From positions 1 through 60,838 of the IMG/VR virus record IMGVR_UViG_3300025645_000079: a DNA stretch of 60,838 nt. One strand, written 5' to 3'. A program made the position numbers and the translations under genes. The notes below the pieces were generated by a model, which was not told the DNA's origin, ran no database searches, and saw only the letters and a list, made by a program, of their open reading frames with translations. The number at the start of each line of letters is the position of its first letter. Positions within the stretch are counted from its first letter, which is position 1. Shown here piece after piece: positions 57,376-60,838 of this stretch. Source of the DNA: a virus. Lineage: Duplodnaviria > Caudoviricetes.

Positions 57376-57729
57376 CTAGGCGGCAGAACGCAAGGCAAGC
57401 AGCGCTGCATAGTGTCGTTCTGCTCTTGCGCTTATTTTTAACCTACTGAGGATGCACTGCATTGCTTTAGGGCTAATATCGTAATGATTACCTATTTCTG
57501 CCACCGTTTTCGTTATGAGCATTTTCCGTATTAAAGGTTTTTCGATTAACCAGTCGCGCTGGTGTTTTCTCGGTGCGTGCTGAACTATGTTGGCTCGCTT
57601 TAATCGCTGGTACATGGTTGACGCCGTAACGTCTTCTGCATCTGCCAGCATTTTTACAGTACAGCCTTGGGCCATCATGTATATCAGGCGTTCTTTTATC
57701 TTTGGTAGCATAGGTTTAGGTGATGCCAT
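57376..57729 (-). CDS. tandem HTH DNA-binding protein
   Basis: 'TVKMLADAEDVTASTMYQRL' and 'TVAEIGNHYDISPKAMQCIL'. Confidence 0.65.
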   Translation of the reverse strand: MASPKPMLPKIKERLIYMMAQGCTVKMLADAEDVTASTMYQRLKRANIVQHAPRKHQRDWLIEKPLIRKMLITKTVAEIGNHYDISPKAMQCILSRLKISARAERHYAALLALRSAA

Positions 57730-58192
57730 TACTTGTCTCCTGTGTTTGGGTTGGGTCGAATGCCCCTAGATTGGTTAATACATCGAATGCTTCGGACTCC
57801 CTCCATACTTTGATGAACGGTGTGCCAATCCAGCCATAGTTAACCAGGTGTTTTTTGTTGAAATTTTTTCCTAGAGCTGCGTGTTTTTCGTTTAGTATGT
57901 CAACCAGCTCTGATTGCAGGCATTCTTTGTCGACTTGAATTTCTTCAGCCTTCATGTATTTCTGATTATTACTGTCTATACCTAGAACAGCGATTAAAAC
58001 CGACCATTTGTGTCGTAGTGTCGATAGCCGCGTAGCGGTTAGTATTGATGGGTCTGTTACTCTGTGTGTGCGTAAATCAATCATCCTGCAACCATCGCTG
58101 CCAGTTACAAAACCAACTGCTGAGTTCTTTAGTGCTAGCTTTGCTTCGAGGTACACATTTTTTCTGGGGTTATATTTTTTTGTCCTTTTCAC
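57716..58192 (-). CDS. hypothetical protein
   Basis: 'KKYNPRK' N-terminus; AAGGAG RBS before GTG. Confidence 0.7.
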   Translation of the reverse strand: MKRTKKYNPRKNVYLEAKLALKNSAVGFVTGSDGCRMIDLRTHRVTDPSILTATRLSTLRHKWSVLIAVLGIDSNNQKYMKAEEIQVDKECLQSELVDILNEKHAALGKNFNKKHLVNYGWIGTPFIKVWRESEAFDVLTNLGAFDPTQTQETSNGIT

Positions 58193-58228
58193 TCTTGCTC
58201 CTTTGGCGCATTGTCTAAAATCTTTTGG

Positions 58229-58426
58229 TTAGTCACCACTCTTGCTCCTATTGTGCTGGTGTCTTACATCTCTAGCTTTAAGGCCATTTCTGTACAGCAT
58301 ATTTGCAAATTGTTGGTAATCTAAACCCATGTTTTTAGCCATCTGGCGGATAGGGACTTTGGATATCATGGCTTCGATGGCCAATGGCTCTAGCTGTTTG
58401 AAGTGGTAGTAACCGTATTTCTTCAT
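58229..58426 (-). CDS. small HTH protein
   Basis: 'PIRQMAKNMGLDYQQFANMLYRNGL'; ATGA coupling to the upstream ORF. Confidence 0.6.
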   Translation of the reverse strand: MKKYGYYHFKQLEPLAIEAMISKVPIRQMAKNMGLDYQQFANMLYRNGLKARDVRHQHNRSKSGD

Positions 58427-58587
58427 TTGTTGCACTCCAGACAAGTTGAGGTCGTAAAAATGCCGTCTTCATCACAGTCATAATCTAGGGCTAACTCTTC
58501 CCCGCAATCTTCGCATTCAGGTGGTTGCGTATAGAATGGACTGCGAGGGTCAGTTGAATCAGCGGGCATTCCCGCAGGATAGTTCAT
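58423..58587 (-). CDS. small acidic C4 zinc-finger protein, 54 aa (MNYPAGMPADSTDPRSPFYTQPPECEDC...CLECNK)
   Basis: Not in the ORF track; CxxC...CxxC; fills the gap between two coupled ORFs. Confidence 0.65.
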   Translation of the reverse strand: MNYPAGMPADSTDPRSPFYTQPPECEDCGEELALDYDCDEDGIFTTSTCLECNK

Positions 58588-58589
58588 GG

Positions 58590-58778
58590 CTAATCTATCT
58601 CAGCTAGGTAACCATGGCATCGCAACATCTTGGTGATGCGCTCTCTCTTACACTGGAACTCAATAGCTAAACGCTCTACTGTCCATAACTCTTTGCTGAA
58701 GAGCTTGATGCAGCGTGCTTTATCTTGGTATTCCCATTGATTGCGTTTGTTTGTGGTGTTGTTGAAATACATGGCCAT
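58590..58778 (-). CDS. small HTH protein
   Basis: 'WTVERLAIEFQCKRERITKMLRCHG'; GGAGGAG RBS. Confidence 0.6.
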   Translation of the reverse strand: MAMYFNNTTNKRNQWEYQDKARCIKLFSKELWTVERLAIEFQCKRERITKMLRCHGYLAEID

Positions 58779-58924
58779 TACACTCCTCCAAATATGGCTA
58801 CGGCTAAGACGAAGAACATCGTCAGTGCGGCGGCTGCTAACAGCTCACCTAGCCAGAACGAGGGCGGTTTAGCCTTTCGTTTTATGGGGCGGTACTGCAT
58901 GTCTTCATCCATTTGTTTCTTCAT
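58778..58924 (-). CDS. small membrane protein
   Basis: C-terminal TM 'LLAAAALTMFFVLAVAIFGGV'; ATGA-coupled start. Confidence 0.6.
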   Translation of the reverse strand: MKKQMDEDMQYRPIKRKAKPPSFWLGELLAAAALTMFFVLAVAIFGGV

Positions 58925-59184
58925 GCTACTTCCAGCCAATCTATTGCCATTGCTAATTTGGCGTACATTAATGCTACTTCGTGTGAAATGGGGGGCCACA
59001 GGGACGCAACAAGCTGTTCGTCTTTAATCAGTAGCAAGTTGCCTATTCTATCCAATGCTGAATTTTCTATCTCGTGGAAGGATATCGATATGCCAGAACT
59101 GCCTTCTGAGTTCACACGTAGCCAGAAGCACGACTCGCCTCTGTCTAGCTGCATTTCCGTAAGTTTTGCTTTCGTTTGTGTCAT
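58921..59184 (-). CDS. hypothetical protein
   Basis: 87-aa ORF in the operon. Confidence 0.6.
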   Translation of the reverse strand: MTQTKAKLTEMQLDRGESCFWLRVNSEGSSGISISFHEIENSALDRIGNLLLIKDEQLVASLWPPISHEVALMYAKLAMAIDWLEVA

Positions 59185-59187
59185 TGT

Positions 59188-59289
59188 TTACATCCCTATT
59201 AAGATTATGGCGGTTACCGCGCAGATATATGCGATGACTACTGCGGCGTTTAGCGGGTCGAAGTCGCTGCGTCTTCTACGTTTACTCAT
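59188..59289 (-). CDS. 33-aa membrane peptide (MSKRRRRSDFDPLNAAVVIAYICAVTAIILIGM)
   Basis: Not in the ORF track; AGGT RBS; first ORF after the 59.35 kb promoter; basic N-terminus plus TM. Confidence 0.55.
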   Translation of the reverse strand: MSKRRRRSDFDPLNAAVVIAYICAVTAIILIGM

Positions 59290-59322
59290 GTGTTTTACCT
59301 AGTAGTTGACGAGAGGGTATAT

Positions 59323-59367
59323 ATAGTAGTAACTGTTAATACTATAGTCAATAACAGTTACTACTAT
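59323..59367 (-). promoter_or_regulatory. sigma70-like early promoter overlapped by a perfect 16-bp inverted repeat
   Basis: - strand TTGACT-17 bp-TACTAT; ATAGTAGTAACTGTTA-13 bp-TAACAGTTACTACTAT. Confidence 0.75.
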
Positions 59368-59375
59368 TACTGGTA

Positions 59376-59726
59376 CTACCACCAAGCTGTGTAGTAGACG
59401 GAATTTCCACCTTTAATAGCTTCACGTGCTTTAACCACGAACTGCATGTCTTCTTCATTTGTATCGCGGGTCGGTGGGAAATCGCCGAAAAAGAAACCTT
59501 TTGTTTCGGGCAACGTCCATTCATTAATAGCGGTTTCTAATTCATTTAAGTCATCTAGATTTAGACAGACATTTTCGCAGTTGAAATCTGCGGGGTGATT
59601 AACAACACCTTTTTGTATAGCTAATTGGGTCATCCAACCGTGGAGCGCTGCATGTTTTCTCCAGTATTGGAGTTCCTTTTGTGTCTTGTTCTCATCTACT
59701 GCATAGGCATTCATATCTAGTCCCAT
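59376..59726 (-). CDS. conserved phage hypothetical protein (MGLD...YWRK...GFFFG...WW type)
   Basis: Recognisable widespread phage motif set; AAGGAG RBS. Confidence 0.75.
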   Translation of the reverse strand: MGLDMNAYAVDENKTQKELQYWRKHAALHGWMTQLAIQKGVVNHPADFNCENVCLNLDDLNELETAINEWTLPETKGFFFGDFPPTRDTNEEDMQFVVKAREAIKGGNSVYYTAWW

Positions 59727-59750
59727 AAGGGGTACTCCTTTTACATGTGG

Positions 59751-60302
59751 TTAAAACGGTACGCTGTCTTCATCGAAGTCATCAAACTTGACAGCATCCA
59801 TATCCGCAACGGGCGGCGGGGTGTTTAGCTTATGCACATTGGTGGGTGTGCTCGTTTTAAATGTATTGGATTTACTGAAGTTCGGAATGGGTGACTCGCC
59901 CGTCTTTGAGATGTACATACATACAGTCTCACCGACTAAGTCATCAGGGCCAGTGATGGACATTACTGACAGAGACTGGATTAAGTCCCAGTACTTTGCT
60001 TCCCACATCAACTGGCCTTTGGACTTTTGCGCTTCCTCCGTTTTTTCGGGTGCCTTGTGAAAGTTGATGTGATAGTACTGATTTACCCGGCGCCCATCAT
60101 GGCTTCGCTTCACTTGAAAACTGACGAACGGGTTGCCGCGTGTGTTCAACTTTGCGGCAGTTATCTCGACTAGATAATGGCCTCTGTCGAAATATGGACC
60201 GTCATTTGCGCTGTTTTGTGGCTTAGTCGGCGCCCACGGGTTTGCTACGATTGGTAGCTCAATTGCTACGATTTCTTCTTTTTTGGCTGCTGCTTTAGAC
60301 AT
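59751..60302 (-). CDS. putative ssDNA-binding protein (DUF669-like) with acidic tail
   Basis: 'G.Y.VEIT.A' OB-like pattern; C-terminal 'DDFDEDSVPF' SSB-type tail. Confidence 0.6.
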   Translation of the reverse strand: MSKAAAKKEEIVAIELPIVANPWAPTKPQNSANDGPYFDRGHYLVEITAAKLNTRGNPFVSFQVKRSHDGRRVNQYYHINFHKAPEKTEEAQKSKGQLMWEAKYWDLIQSLSVMSITGPDDLVGETVCMYISKTGESPIPNFSKSNTFKTSTPTNVHKLNTPPPVADMDAVKFDDFDEDSVPF

Positions 60303-60366
60303 GTTTATCTCTCTTTTAGTCTGATTGGTGGATTTATGTACAAAGTGTCATACAATATTGAAAGGG

Positions 60367-60754
60367 TGTCGGGCATTGTTAAATAATGCCCGACATTTGG
60401 AAACTGGCTTGTACGTCATACGTGGCGGTTGATGTAGGAAGTCAAGCGAAACACGTATGCTTTTGGTGAGTCTTTTACGTAACGCCCGCCCTATAAGCGC
60501 TGCGGAGCAGCGCGTGTCTCTTTGTCATACTTGTCATAGTATTTACTCTATATTCCTAATAGAGAATAAAAGAGTATGTATATATATTTAACGTTTAAAC
60601 GTTTTGTATATATAGAGTAGGTAGGATATTGCCCGACTTTTTGGACAAGTATGACAATCTGCGCTGTAGGCCACGTAGATAAAGGTAATGTTGAAAATAG
60701 TAATGCCCGACATTTTGGGAATAATGCCCGACACACCCTAAATATTCCCCGACA
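60367..60754. repeat. TGCCCGACA iteron-like repeats and nested inverted repeats around an AT-rich core (putative origin)
   Basis: Inverted pair 60367/60385; copy at 60630; direct copies at 60701, 60722, 60743 (21-bp period); 14-bp inverted repeat 60522/60644. Confidence 0.75.
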
Positions 60755-60838
60755 CATCTCGCTGCAACTACTAGAGGTCGATTAATATATGAGCAAATGT
60801 ATACGTTGAACTACATTTACTGTCACTGGTCGTACCAG

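Noticed and set aside
60548-60757. 69-aa - strand ORF with CRAL repeats
   Set aside because: Translation of the 21-bp iteron-like DNA repeats; better explained as non-coding
1-60838. Alternative genetic code (stop reassignment)
   Set aside because: Standard code gives dense, intact ORFs ending in TAA, TAG and TGA

Overview
The window looks like most or all of one ~61 kb temperate podovirus-type bacteriophage genome, probably from a Gram-negative (gammaproteobacterial-like) host. No host genes are recognisable. The + strand (3.5-42.1 kb) carries the virion genes: TerS, TerL, portal, scaffold, N4-gp56-like major capsid, adaptor and tail proteins, putative ejection proteins (including a 2689-aa giant with an N-terminal staphylococcal-nuclease-like domain), an M15 endolysin, fibres with an S74-type chaperone, holin/spanin-like proteins, a permuted NlpC/P60 enzyme and an internally duplicated LamG/DUF2341-like protein. 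An intact attP follows (3' half of tRNA-Arg(CCT) flanked by TGACCCAC arm-type repeats), then a tyrosine integrase. The - strand (43.6-60.3 kb and 0-3.2 kb) carries early and replication genes: excisionase-like HTH, dUTPase, repressor-like HTH, SF2 helicase, PD-(D/E)XK exonuclease, primase-helicase, family A DNA polymerase (Leu762 type), SSB-like proteins and many small ORFs. Notable non-gene signals are a genome-wide ~16-bp operator-like motif (core AGTWACT) overlapping promoters, C-terminal -AA degron-like tails only on - strand proteins, an iteron/palindrome-rich putative origin at the right end and a (CACAA)12 microsatellite at the left end. All calls are by eye from motifs and synteny; no database searches were run.
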